Assembly (NCBI GenBank): GCA_002328295.1
Contig: DCXE01000045.1
Coordinates: 3,349-36,465 of the forward strand
Direction of reading: 5' to 3'
DNA from: Candidatus Peribacter sp. UBA2144
GTDB lineage: Bacteria; Patescibacteriota; Gracilibacteria; Peribacterales; Peribacteraceae
DNA: 33,117 nucleotides
The notes beneath the pieces were generated by a model. That model worked only from the letters and a program-made list of their open reading frames with translations, searched no databases and was not told the DNA's origin. Position numbers and translations under genes: made by a program. Shown one piece after another: positions 1 through 9,677 of the stretch (position 1 is the stretch's first letter; the number at the start of each line of letters is the position of its first letter).

Positions 1-1250
<1,250 letters not shown>

Positions 1251-1407
1251 CCAGGGAATTTTTTACCCTGAGGGCCGCATAAGCGGTCTCGAAGGGTTCT
1301 CTGAAGAATATGCTCTGATTGATAGCAATTTAAATCATCATATTACTTGATTGCTCAGGTGCTATCAGCCTGAGAGCTCCTCTACTCTGCGATGGTGTGA
1401 TCACCAA

Positions 1408-1444
1408 CAATTGACAATTGACACGCTCCCCCGCTTTCGCGGGG
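1408..1444. repeat. caattgaca word repeat plus GC hairpin (ccccgc-tttc-gcgggg); homologous to the element at 7291-7340
   Basis: caattgacaattgacacgctc at 1408-1428 recurs as caattgacaattaacacgctc at 7299-7319. A 6-bp GC stem lies at 1429-1444. Confidence 0.6.
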
Positions 1445-1479
1445 TCGCTTTTAACAGTTAACAATTATTTTAAAAAGAG

Positions 1480-2241
1480 TTAATTGTTAAAAGGACGTGT
1501 AGCGCCCGTGTTAACTGTCAATTGTTTATTCGTGACACATTCAACTCCCTCATTCTTAATAAATTTCAAAAATGACTCAAGCTGTCCCCACATCTTATAT
1601 TTTTCAACTTCGTGGCTATGTCCCCACAAGTGAAAATAAGGTTGGTCGGTTTTTTTGGCATATGTGAACATTTCTTTGGCAAGACTGAACCAACTTGTGC
1701 ACGACTTGATCGAGATTCCAAGTTTTCTGATATCACCATATAACGCACGCATTGGACCGAAGTGATCAAGTGGATGCCACCACAAAGTCCACTTCTTCCT
1801 CCAAGGAAATGGAGTGATCTGCAAACTTGTTGGCATTGCCAAAGAGTCTGACGAACTAAACTTTATATTCTCCACAGTCCTTGCACCTTCAAACCCTGCA
1901 TTTCTGACCATCTCCTTAACTTCTTTATTAAATAATCCAAACGGATAACAAAACGATTTACATTCCTCGCCTGTAATTCCTTCAATCCATTTCTTGCTCG
2001 ATTCTATTTCCCACTTCGCTTCATCCAAGCTGACTTTTGTAAGTTTAGGATGTGTCATAGAGTGTGCACCAACTTCGTGTCGTGAATTCAAATCTTTAAT
2101 CTGCTGGGCTTTAAGCATATCTTTGTTGTGTTGCTCCTCCGGACAAATATAAAAAGTCCCCTTGCAATCATATTTTTCAAGCAAGCTTGCAACTGCAAGA
2201 TCCAATACATAGCCGTCGTCCCAGGAGGTCGTAAATAACAT
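1480..2241 (-). CDS. polysaccharide deacetylase family protein (NodB / CE4 domain)
   Basis: The SWDDG motif (TFDDG-like) and HSMTHP (H-S/T-x-x-H metal motif) are present at NodB spacing. The ATG at 2241 overlaps the upstream TGA by 1 nt; a TTG at 2244 is an alternative start. Confidence 0.8.
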   Translation of the reverse strand: MLFTTSWDDGYVLDLAVASLLEKYDCKGTFYICPEEQHNKDMLKAQQIKDLNSRHEVGAHSMTHPKLTKVSLDEAKWEIESSKKWIEGITGEECKSFCYPFGLFNKEVKEMVRNAGFEGARTVENIKFSSSDSLAMPTSLQITPFPWRKKWTLWWHPLDHFGPMRALYGDIRKLGISIKSCTSWFSLAKEMFTYAKKTDQPYFHLWGHSHEVEKYKMWGQLESFLKFIKNEGVECVTNKQLTVNTGATRPFNN

Positions 2242-2858
2242 CAAGAAGGAGAGTACTGCAAAAATCCTTCGACCACCATTTCTTTCGCCTCTTCCTCAGT
2301 CACTCCTCTGGAGGTTAAGTAAAACAAATCTTCAGGATCAATTCTTTTTACGCTCGCCGAGTGACTGACTACCACATCATCATTTTTAATTTCCAAACCG
2401 GGAACCAAATCAACTTTCGCCTCCGGATCAAGCATCAAAAACTCCTCATTCAAGAATCCTTTAAATCCTTTACATCCTTTTTCAACTTCTAAAACTCCTT
2501 TGCAATTAATTCGAGAACTACCTTCGGCCACGCCCTTCAAAATAATATCCCCCTTACAATCCTTCTCCTCAAACTTACACTCAACATCAATATCCTGATC
2601 ACAATCAACCGCATGAAACATTCCATTGATCTTTAGCTCTCCCCCCTCTTCGCATTTGCTTCTGAGTTTAAGCTGTCCGCCTTTTGCAAAGATTTTTAAA
2701 TCAATCTTCTCGCCTTTTTTCACAAGTACTTCAATCTTCGCATCGCAGGAATCCAGATTTATAGTCTTCGAAGATACGACCACCAAGTGGACTTTTTCAT
2801 CCGCATTACGAGATGAGCTGATTTCTATGGCCGATTGTTTAATGGTCTTATGAGCCAT
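2241..2858 (-). CDS. sufD: short SufD-like Fe-S cluster assembly protein (SufBD-family C-terminal beta-helix only, 205 aa)
   Basis: The C-terminus DPEDLFYLTSRGVTEEEAKEMVVEGFL parallels the SufB tail AEDLFYLTSRGIAEEEAKAMIVNGFM in the same window. It is about half the length of classical SufD. Confidence 0.7.
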   Translation of the reverse strand: MAHKTIKQSAIEISSSRNADEKVHLVVVSSKTINLDSCDAKIEVLVKKGEKIDLKIFAKGGQLKLRSKCEEGGELKINGMFHAVDCDQDIDVECKFEEKDCKGDIILKGVAEGSSRINCKGVLEVEKGCKGFKGFLNEEFLMLDPEAKVDLVPGLEIKNDDVVVSHSASVKRIDPEDLFYLTSRGVTEEEAKEMVVEGFLQYSPS

Positions 2859-3071
2859 GATTTTGTTGGCATTATATGGTACAATAATCTGATGGGTATT
2901 GAACCATTAAATGTAAGAGTTACTCCCGGCACAGAGGCAGATACAGCCAAATCTGATGCAACGAGAGAGCAAAACTCTGAAACGTTACAGATATCTGTGC
3001 CAGAAGCAATGTTTGCGCCAGTAAATGGTCTTGTTACAGCCATTGCTGATGGAAATAAAGGATTAATTTGA
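2835..3071 (+). CDS. hypothetical small protein (weak call; start uncertain, possibly ATG 2892)
   Basis: Open frame with A/T-rich third positions. It is in the same frame as ORF 3078..3350, separated only by TGA 3069-3071. Confidence 0.25.
   Translation: MFNGLMSHDFVGIIWYNNLMGIEPLNVRVTPGTEADTAKSDATREQNSETLQISVPEAMFAPVNGLVTAIADGNKGLI
2871..2876 (-). promoter_or_regulatory. -10 box TATAAT, 12 nt upstream of the sufD-like ATG
   Basis: The minus strand reads accaTATAATgccaacaaaatcATG. No SD-like purine run is present. Confidence 0.45.
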
Positions 3072-3077
3072 ACAACT

Positions 3078-3350
3078 TTGGAAAGAACCGACGGTCCTAA
3101 ACTATGTGACGCTATCGGATATCTGCCGGAAGATTATCAAGATGCACTAGCAACATATCTAAGGGAGATGTGGGAAGGAGCAGAACTGGGATCCTTGGGT
3201 GAAATTATCAAAAAATTATATGCAATATTGGGATCCGGTGCTGTATTGGCACTAACTGCACTTATTGAAGAAATGAAACTAAAAGAATTTCCTCCAGAAG
3301 TTAAAAAGCGAAGGAGTGGTGGAGATAGAGGTATAGATGAATATATATAA
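3078..3350 (+). CDS. hypothetical protein (TTG start)
   Basis: 90-codon ORF with genome-typical codon bias and no recognisable domain. Confidence 0.35.
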   Translation: MERTDGPKLCDAIGYLPEDYQDALATYLREMWEGAELGSLGEIIKKLYAILGSGAVLALTALIEEMKLKEFPPEVKKRRSGGDRGIDEYI

Positions 3351-3405
3351 ACTTTAGGCTTTTGCCAAAAGCAATTCCAAAGAAAAAGGAGTAGAATGTC
3401 TTGAT

Positions 3406-3774
3406 GTGAGCGAACAACTCAGACTTGACTTTGAGGCGGCAGAAAAGGCTTCGACAAGTTTAGAAACTAGAAGCCAAGATTTTGATGAAAGCGGGAAAAG
3501 AATCTGGCACAAGCAACGCCGGTATAGAAATCAAATAGATTGGATTCTTGAAGTGTACTATCACCGACTAAAGAAATTTGATTACGACCATGAAAAAGCT
3601 AGAGCGAGCATGATAGAAGATGGATATTTAACACGTAATCCTAAACATGATCCAACGGATCCAAATAGTCTTGAATTCACTCCAAACGATGCTAAACAGC
3701 CATGGGCAAAGAAGCTGCGCAAAAAATCACCCAACCGCTCCCTCCATTTCAACTCCTCTACAAACTCCAGGTAA
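3406..3774 (+). CDS. hypothetical basic protein (GTG start)
   Basis: 122-codon ORF. An aaggag lies 13-14 nt upstream of the GTG. It is convergent with sufB, with a 4-nt gap. Confidence 0.45.
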   Translation: MSEQLRLDFEAAEKASTSLETRSQDFDESGKRIWHKQRRYRNQIDWILEVYYHRLKKFDYDHEKARASMIEDGYLTRNPKHDPTDPNSLEFTPNDAKQPWAKKLRKKSPNRSLHFNSSTNSR

Positions 3775-3778
3775 CATT

Positions 3779-5119
3779 TTAGCCCACAGATCCTTCCATC
3801 TCTAATTCGATCAACCTATTCATCTCAACCGCATATTCAAGCGGAAGAAGTCTGACTATGGGATCCATGAAGCCATTTACAATCATTGCTTTTGCCTCCT
3901 CTTCCGCAATTCCCCTCGAAGTTAAGTAGAATAAATCTTCTGCACTGAGCTTTCCGACTCTAGCTTCATGTGCAATTGTCACATCATTATTTCTTAACTT
4001 TATGTCGGGAATTGTATCGGTTCGACTTAGGTCATCCAGAAGCAGGGCATCACATTCCACACTGACTACAGAGTTGCTCGCATTCTCTCCGATTTTAACT
4101 AAGCCACGGTAAGTACATGTGCCCCCTGCTTTTGAAACTGACTTTGACACAATCTTTGATGATGTATGCGGTGCTGAATGTATTACTTTCGCGCCCGTGT
4201 CTTGCCATTGTTCACCTGACGCGAAGGCGACTCCAAAGTGATCGCTTCTCGCCCCTTCGCCTGCCAGAACTGAACACGGATAGAGCATAGTAACTCCCGC
4301 TCCTAAGTTTCCTCCGACCCATTCTATAACTGCATCTTTTTCTACAATCGCCCTCTTCGTATTTAAGTTATATGTATCCTTGCTCCAGTTTTCAACTGAA
4401 CTGTATCTAACCTTCGATCCTTGCTTTGCATAAATCTCAACGCATCCGGCATGAAGACCCTTAGACCCAAATTTTGGCGCTGAGCATCCTTCTATGTAAT
4501 GAACTTCTGCACCTTCATCAACAATAATCAGAGTATGTTCAAACTGTCCCATGTTCGGGGCATTCATTCGAAAGTAAGCTTGCAGTGGCTCTGTTACAAC
4601 TACTCCCTTGGGGACATAAAGGAATGTTCCGCCTGACCAAACGGCACCATGAAGAGCTGCGAATTTATGATCTGAGTTTGGCACGCATTTCATGAAATAT
4701 TCTCTGACCAAAACCGGGTGTTCTTTGACCGCATCATCCATATCCATGAAGATGACTCCTGACTTTTCCCACTCTTCTTTTAAACTGTGATAGATAATGT
4801 CGGATTCATATTGCGCACCAACACCAGCAAGCCACTTGTGTTCCGCTTCCGGTATTCCGAGCTTCTCGTAAACTTCTCTTATGTGATCCGGAAGCTCTCC
4901 CCAATCATCAGTTGCATCAATTCCCGTCGGTGCATAGTAAGTGATATTATCTAAATTTAAACCTGAAAGGTCCGGACCAAATTTTGGAAGGCTGATTGAC
5001 TCGTATTTACTAAGTGAGTCCTCTCTGTGTCCTCGCATCCATTTAGGCTCATTTTTATCTGACGATATCTGATGCAAGAGATCGGAATTTAGGCCTTTTT
5101 GGAGAAGAGTGGATGGCAC
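3779..5119 (-). CDS. sufB: Fe-S cluster assembly protein SufB (GTG start)
   Basis: Full-length SufB-like sequence (YESDIIYHSLKEEWEKSGVIFMDMDDAVKEHP..., TLIIVDEGAEVHYIEGCSAP, LFYLTSRGIAEEEAKAMIVNGF). Confidence 0.93.
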   Translation of the reverse strand: MPSTLLQKGLNSDLLHQISSDKNEPKWMRGHREDSLSKYESISLPKFGPDLSGLNLDNITYYAPTGIDATDDWGELPDHIREVYEKLGIPEAEHKWLAGVGAQYESDIIYHSLKEEWEKSGVIFMDMDDAVKEHPVLVREYFMKCVPNSDHKFAALHGAVWSGGTFLYVPKGVVVTEPLQAYFRMNAPNMGQFEHTLIIVDEGAEVHYIEGCSAPKFGSKGLHAGCVEIYAKQGSKVRYSSVENWSKDTYNLNTKRAIVEKDAVIEWVGGNLGAGVTMLYPCSVLAGEGARSDHFGVAFASGEQWQDTGAKVIHSAPHTSSKIVSKSVSKAGGTCTYRGLVKIGENASNSVVSVECDALLLDDLSRTDTIPDIKLRNNDVTIAHEARVGKLSAEDLFYLTSRGIAEEEAKAMIVNGFMDPIVRLLPLEYAVEMNRLIELEMEGSVG

Positions 5120-5132
5120 GTTGTCTGGACCA

Positions 5133-5164
5133 CAGATTACACAGATTACGCAGATTACGCAGAT
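5133..5164. repeat. tandem word repeat cagattac(a/g) x4
   Basis: cacagattacacagattacgcagattacgcag, immediately upstream of the sufB start. Confidence 0.8.
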
Positions 5165-5185
5165 ATTTTATTAAGAATAACACCC

Positions 5186-5351
5186 GGCAAACGCACTGTT
5201 TGAGATCGAAAGCACCACCTTGCAAGTTCCTTAAAGCAAGAACGAATTGGATGAGGCTCTCCCGCTCAAGGCCTCTAACTCTGAGTGCATCCAATTCGTT
5301 CTGCACACTATAGAAGCTCTAATTGTGCTTTCGAGCGAGTTTGCGTTTGCC
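5186..5351. other. 166-nt rod-like structured element (candidate ncRNA or palindromic MITE)
   Basis: Three perfect nested stems. ggcaaacgca (5186-5195) pairs with tgcgtttgcc (5342-5351). tcgaaagcac (5206-5215) pairs with gtgctttcga (5325-5334). agaacgaattggatg (5239-5253) pairs with catccaattcgttct (5288-5302). These are separated by ~22-nt internal loops that each form a small hairpin (cttgc..gcaag; gcaca..tgtgc). Confidence 0.5.
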
Positions 5352-5406
5352 TTGATCTTTTCTTTGCTTCTTTCTTTTGCATCAAGGTAAAAGAAAGAAG
5401 AAAGAC
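5351..5406. repeat. word-type hairpin (ttctttc / gaaagaa arms)
   Basis: cttttctttgcttctttctttt (5357-5378) faces aaaagaaagaagaaagac (5389-5406). Confidence 0.7.
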
Positions 5407-5474
5407 ATTGATAATTAAGCCAAAAAGCTCATAATTGAGGCTCTTGAACCTAAATTGCCGAAATGTACGTTTTA

Positions 5475-5483
5475 TGCTATAAT
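5475..5483 (+). promoter_or_regulatory. extended -10 TGcTATAAT, 11 nt upstream of ATG 5495
   Basis: tatgctataattacactaaataATG; no SD. Confidence 0.5.
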
Positions 5484-5494
5484 TACACTAAATA

Positions 5495-7291
5495 ATGAAC
5501 TCAGAAAATGTATCTTCAGAGGCTCCCAAAGCTCATATCTTGAAGCGATTGGCCAATCGAGTATGGATGATATTAAGATATAAAGTTCTCCCCTTCTGCA
5601 AAAGGAGATGGAAGCTTTTGACTGTTTTAACAGTAATAATCGTGCCATTCCTTCTTCTGCTCATATGGATCTTTGCACCGGAGAGTCCAGAAGTCGTTAT
5701 GGCAACCGCGGAAAGGAGTGATTTGGTACAGACTGTTGAAGCTGTTGGAACCGTAATTTCGGAAAAGGACTTAAAACTCAGATTTCCACTAACAGGCGTC
5801 GTTGGAAAGGTGCTAATTGAAGAAGGCGACAGTGTTGAGGAAAACCAGGAGCTTGCTCATCTAAGGAACGGAGCTCTGAAGGCAGATGTGACTGCAGCAC
5901 AAGCAAGTCTTTCATCTCAATCAGCTCAACTTAAGGAGCTAAAAGAAGGAACTCGTCCGGAAGATATTCTTATTCAGGAAGCAGAGGTTGAAAACAAGAA
6001 GGCGGCTCTTGAGTCCGCGTACGCAACCTTTAATGGAGCCAAAGAGAAGCTGGAAAAATTGAACATGGAAGCCAAGATAAGCTTGTCTGGGTATGTTTCA
6101 ACAGCAAGCAGTGAAACGTCTGAGCAGCTGACAGAAATCAGATCAGCCTTAAGAAAGATAGAAGATGTCTTAGAGGATTCAGCATTAAACCGTGCTGCCA
6201 CATATAACGAGCCTACTGATTTTGAAATGCTGACAAGAAAAAAGGCAAATGCAATACACCAGATAGAACAAATGATTAAATTACTTCCTTCAAATTTCAA
6301 AGACTACAAAGAAGCAATAAGCAAACTGAGGGAAGTGCGAGATACGACCGCGGAAGCGTCCCAAACTATTTCAAAAATGTATTCATTCGTTGCAAATATG
6401 AAGCTGTATCACAACTATGATTTCAGCGACCGAGAAACTCATAAAACAACATTAACTACGCAAAGTAATACAGTTCAAGATGCGTTATCCTCTCTCGATT
6501 CTACTCTCAAGACAATGCGCGATGCATCAGCCGATTACGACACGCAGATTGCAAGTGCCCAGAGCACAATAGAAACTTCCCAGGCAGATATTCAAACCTA
6601 CGAAGCATCTCTAAGGAAGCAGGAAGCCGAGCTTGCAAAGAAGAGGGCAGGAGCCAGGCCTACAGAAATTCAAGCTCAGCAAGCAAGAGTGAATCAAGCA
6701 TATGCCGAATTGAATCGTGCAAAGGCAAAGCTTGAAGACACTATTATCAGAGCCCCAATTGCTGGGGCAATAACAAAAGTTAATCTGAAAGAGGGCGAAT
6801 TTACAGGCGGACTGGATTTGAATGAGTTTGCCCTGAGTATGTTAGGCGCTTCTCCTTACAGAGTTGAAATGTTTGTTGCAGAGATTGACATACCGAAAGT
6901 TAAATTGAGCCAAAGCGGGTCAATTGATTTGGATGCGTTCCCGAACGAAGAGTTTGTAATGAAGGTAAGTGAAATCGATCCGACCGCGACTGACAAAGAT
7001 GGAGTATCCAAATACCGCGTTAAGCTGGACTTCCCTGAGCAAGATATGAGATTGAAGATAGGAATGACCGGAGATGCGGAAATTTATACTGACTTCAGGA
7101 AAGACGTTGTGCACATACCAGGCAGGGCCGTCTTTACGGACGAAAAGGGAGATGAAATTGTGAAGATATTAAAAGACAATAAAGTAATCGAAAGGAAGAT
7201 AAAAACCGGAATGGAAGGAGAAGGCGGTGACGTGGAAGTAATTGAAGGTATCAATGAGGGTGAGACGATAATTCTATTAATTAAGGATTAA
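5495..7291 (+). CDS. HlyD-family periplasmic adaptor / membrane fusion protein (MacA-like) with a long coiled-coil
   Basis: N-terminal TM (LLTVLTVIIVPFLLLLIWIF), a lipoyl-like hairpin halves motif (RFPLTGVVGKVLIEEGDSV ... IRAPIAGAITKVNLKEGEF), and a very long heptad-rich middle region. Confidence 0.85.
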   Translation: MNSENVSSEAPKAHILKRLANRVWMILRYKVLPFCKRRWKLLTVLTVIIVPFLLLLIWIFAPESPEVVMATAERSDLVQTVEAVGTVISEKDLKLRFPLTGVVGKVLIEEGDSVEENQELAHLRNGALKADVTAAQASLSSQSAQLKELKEGTRPEDILIQEAEVENKKAALESAYATFNGAKEKLEKLNMEAKISLSGYVSTASSETSEQLTEIRSALRKIEDVLEDSALNRAATYNEPTDFEMLTRKKANAIHQIEQMIKLLPSNFKDYKEAISKLREVRDTTAEASQTISKMYSFVANMKLYHNYDFSDRETHKTTLTTQSNTVQDALSSLDSTLKTMRDASADYDTQIASAQSTIETSQADIQTYEASLRKQEAELAKKRAGARPTEIQAQQARVNQAYAELNRAKAKLEDTIIRAPIAGAITKVNLKEGEFTGGLDLNEFALSMLGASPYRVEMFVAEIDIPKVKLSQSGSIDLDAFPNEEFVMKVSEIDPTATDKDGVSKYRVKLDFPEQDMRLKIGMTGDAEIYTDFRKDVVHIPGRAVFTDEKGDEIVKILKDNKVIERKIKTGMEGEGGDVEVIEGINEGETIILLIKD

Positions 7292-7411
7292 CAATTAACA
7301 ATTGACAATTAACACGCTCGCTACGCTCGCTCTTAACAACCAATATACAATCTTACGTCTTACGTCCTAAATCCTACGTCCTAATCAACTGCGCTACTGA
7401 GTTACTGCGCT
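7291..7411. repeat. composite word-repeat spacer (caattgaca words; tacgtcc words; actgcgcta words)
   Basis: caattaacaattgacaattaacacgctcgctacgctcgctcttaac; tcttacgtcttacgtcctaaatcctacgtcctaat (7351-7385); actgcgctactgagttactgcgctg (7388-7412). Confidence 0.75.
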
Positions 7412-7418
7412 GAATAAC

Positions 7419-8183
7419 ATGACCGCCACCAATAACGACTTCAACGGCAACGGAAAATCTCCCCTGATAGAAACTAGTAAATTATGTAAATCATATTTCA
7501 ACGATGAACTGGAAACGAAAGTGCTTTTTGATATCGATCTGACAATTAATAAAAACGAGTTTGTGGGAATCATGGGACCATCGGGTTCCGGAAAATCAAC
7601 ACTGATGCACATACTCGGATTTTTGGATCATCACACTGGCGGAGAATATCTCTTCCACGGCAAGCATGCACAAGAGATGGATGAAGATACACTCGCAAAA
7701 GTCCGCGCAACAAGAGTGAGTTTCGTCTTCCAGGCTTTTAACCTGTTGCCGCGCGCATCAGTCCTGCAAAATGTAATGTTGCCTTTAATTTATCACCCAA
7801 CTATCCCCGCATCCGAACGCCTGGAAAGAACAAAAAAGGCAATTGAGGCTGTAGATCTAACCGATCACTCTGATTATTTGAGCAATCAATTATCCGGAGG
7901 TCAAAAACAGAGAGTGGCAATAGCAAGAGCTCTCGTAACCGAGCCGGAGGTTATATTTGCAGATGAACCGACAGGAAACTTGGACTCAGCATCTGGAATA
8001 CATGTGATGCAAGCGCTTCAGGAACTGCATTCAAACGGACACACGATCATTCTTGTAACTCATGAACAAGCAACAGCTGAGCATGCAGATAGAATTATTG
8101 AATTGTTTGACGGAAGAATTACAAAAGACACGAGTAAGTTTAAAACCAGGAAGGCAAAGAAGGAAGATTCCCTTAAGAAATAA
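7419..8183 (+). CDS. ABC transporter ATP-binding protein (MacB/LolD-type)
   Basis: Walker A GPSGSGKST, signature LSGGQKQRVAIARAL, Walker B IFADEPTGNLD. Confidence 0.93.
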   Translation: MTATNNDFNGNGKSPLIETSKLCKSYFNDELETKVLFDIDLTINKNEFVGIMGPSGSGKSTLMHILGFLDHHTGGEYLFHGKHAQEMDEDTLAKVRATRVSFVFQAFNLLPRASVLQNVMLPLIYHPTIPASERLERTKKAIEAVDLTDHSDYLSNQLSGGQKQRVAIARALVTEPEVIFADEPTGNLDSASGIHVMQALQELHSNGHTIILVTHEQATAEHADRIIELFDGRITKDTSKFKTRKAKKEDSLKK

Positions 8184-8195
8184 TGATTACAACCA

Positions 8196-8266
8196 GTCAC
8201 TCGTCGCTAGTCACTAGTCACTGGTCACGCCAGCTGACGAGCGACGAGAGACAAGTGACTAGCGAC
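8196..8266. repeat. word-type inverted repeat (gtcact / agtgac words)
   Basis: gtcactcgtcgctagtcactagtcactggtcac faces gctgacgagcgacgagagacaagtgactagcgac. Confidence 0.7.
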
Positions 8267-8285
8267 ATTCCACTTCACCAATAAC

Positions 8286-9521
8286 ATGCTAATTCGCGAT
8301 TTATTTTCGACAGCGAGTAAGGCCGTCACTGTTAATCGGATGAGATCACTCCTGACTATGTTGGGGATCATAATTGGAGTCGGAGCAGTCGTTTTGATGA
8401 CCGGGGTTGGGAAAAGTATTGAGGGAGTAATCCTCGGACAAATTGACTTCATGGGACCCAAAACCATGGCGATATTTCCCGGAAATGATGGGCCTGAAGG
8501 CGGAAGCACCACTATGCGTCCGGACTTCGATGCACTTACATTCTCTGATGCAGAGGCGCTGGAGTCTCTCACTACTGTAAGTAGCGTTGCCCCCGCTGTT
8601 ATTGTCCCAGGAAATGCCCGATATGGCAGAGAGGAAGCAGACCCTAGGATTATCGGGGCTTCTCCAAATTACTATTTGAATCAGAATATAGAAACTGCAG
8701 AGGGAAGATTTCATGATCAAAGAGACGAGGAGTCCTCTAACTATGTTGTAGTAATTGGATCGGAGATTGCGGATGATTTGTTCTTTGGAAGAAATGCAGT
8801 CGGCAAAAGAATCGAAATTGCCAACAGAAAGTTTACGGTTATAGGAGTTTTGAAACCGATTGGAATGGTCTTCTTCCAAAATATCGACGACAGAATCATC
8901 ATTCCCCTTTCAACTGCAATAAACATGACTGGAAGAAAGCACGCAGATATGTTTTCTCTCCAATCAACTAACGGATTTGAAATAGCATTCGAAGACGTCA
9001 GGGCCTTGCTCAGACAGCGCCATGGGATCACTCCTCCGGAAGATGGATCAACTGATAATGACGACTTTCTTGTTAGATCTGCAGCTCAGGCAGAGCAAGT
9101 TCTGGGCACGGTTTCGATAAGCCTGACTGTATTTATCACGATGATTGCAGGAATTTCGCTCTTCGTTGGGGGAATTGGGATTATGAATATAATGCTTGTA
9201 TCTGTTACTGAGCGTACAAGAGAAATTGGGCTAAGGAAGGCAGTCGGAGCAAAAAGAAGAGATATACTGCTTCAGATACTTATCGAGTCTGTATTTCTGA
9301 CTTTGATTGGAGGCCTTATCGGAATCGCGATTGGAATAGGAATAGATTTTCTTCTGGCAAAAACCGTTGAAAAGTTTTTAGGTGAGTATCAGTTTGCAAT
9401 AAGTGTAGGAGCAATATTCTTAGCCCTTGCAATGGCAACTGTTACAGGAATTGCTTTTGGAATCTATCCTGCAAGGAAGGCATCTAAATTACATCCAATT
9501 GAAGCGTTGCGTTATGAGTAA
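8286..9521 (+). CDS. ABC transporter permease, MacB/FtsX family (periplasmic core domain + FtsX 4-TM)
   Basis: N-terminal TM, large extracytoplasmic domain, and a C-terminal GGIGIMNIMLVSVTERTREIGLRKAVGAKRRDIL motif typical of MacB/LolC/E-type permeases. Confidence 0.9.
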   Translation: MLIRDLFSTASKAVTVNRMRSLLTMLGIIIGVGAVVLMTGVGKSIEGVILGQIDFMGPKTMAIFPGNDGPEGGSTTMRPDFDALTFSDAEALESLTTVSSVAPAVIVPGNARYGREEADPRIIGASPNYYLNQNIETAEGRFHDQRDEESSNYVVVIGSEIADDLFFGRNAVGKRIEIANRKFTVIGVLKPIGMVFFQNIDDRIIIPLSTAINMTGRKHADMFSLQSTNGFEIAFEDVRALLRQRHGITPPEDGSTDNDDFLVRSAAQAEQVLGTVSISLTVFITMIAGISLFVGGIGIMNIMLVSVTERTREIGLRKAVGAKRRDILLQILIESVFLTLIGGLIGIAIGIGIDFLLAKTVEKFLGEYQFAISVGAIFLALAMATVTGIAFGIYPARKASKLHPIEALRYE

Positions 9522-9538
9522 AACAAGTTCCCACCAGC

Positions 9539-9648
9539 CACAGGTCACACGTCGCAAGTCGCAAGACCTGTCACAAGTCACAAGTCATATATCCTGTGAC
9601 TTGCGACCTGCGACTAATCCTGTGACCTGTGACTTTATACCTGTGACC
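9539..9648. repeat. word-type inverted repeat (gtcgcaa / gtcacaa vs ctgtgac / ctgcgac words)
   Basis: gtcgcaagtcgcaagacctgtcacaagtcacaagtca faces cctgtgacttgcgacctgcgac...cctgtgacctgtgac. Confidence 0.75.
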
Positions 9649-9677
9649 CCCAACAGTCCTACAACTAATAATAAATA

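Noticed and set aside
3069-3071. Alternative genetic code (UGA as a sense codon, as in Gracilibacteria/Absconditabacteria), suggested by the in-frame TGA joining two ORFs.
   Set aside because: TGA clearly terminates well-conserved genes here (the sufD-like gene, UDG and rlmE end at TGA at the expected protein lengths). The long genes contain no internal TGA.
5055-5313. ORFs 5055..5306 (minus) and 5113..5313 (plus) in the sufB upstream region.
   Set aside because: They run through the cagattac tandem repeat and the 166-nt palindromic element. Mirror-image ORFs on both strands of a palindrome are expected by chance.
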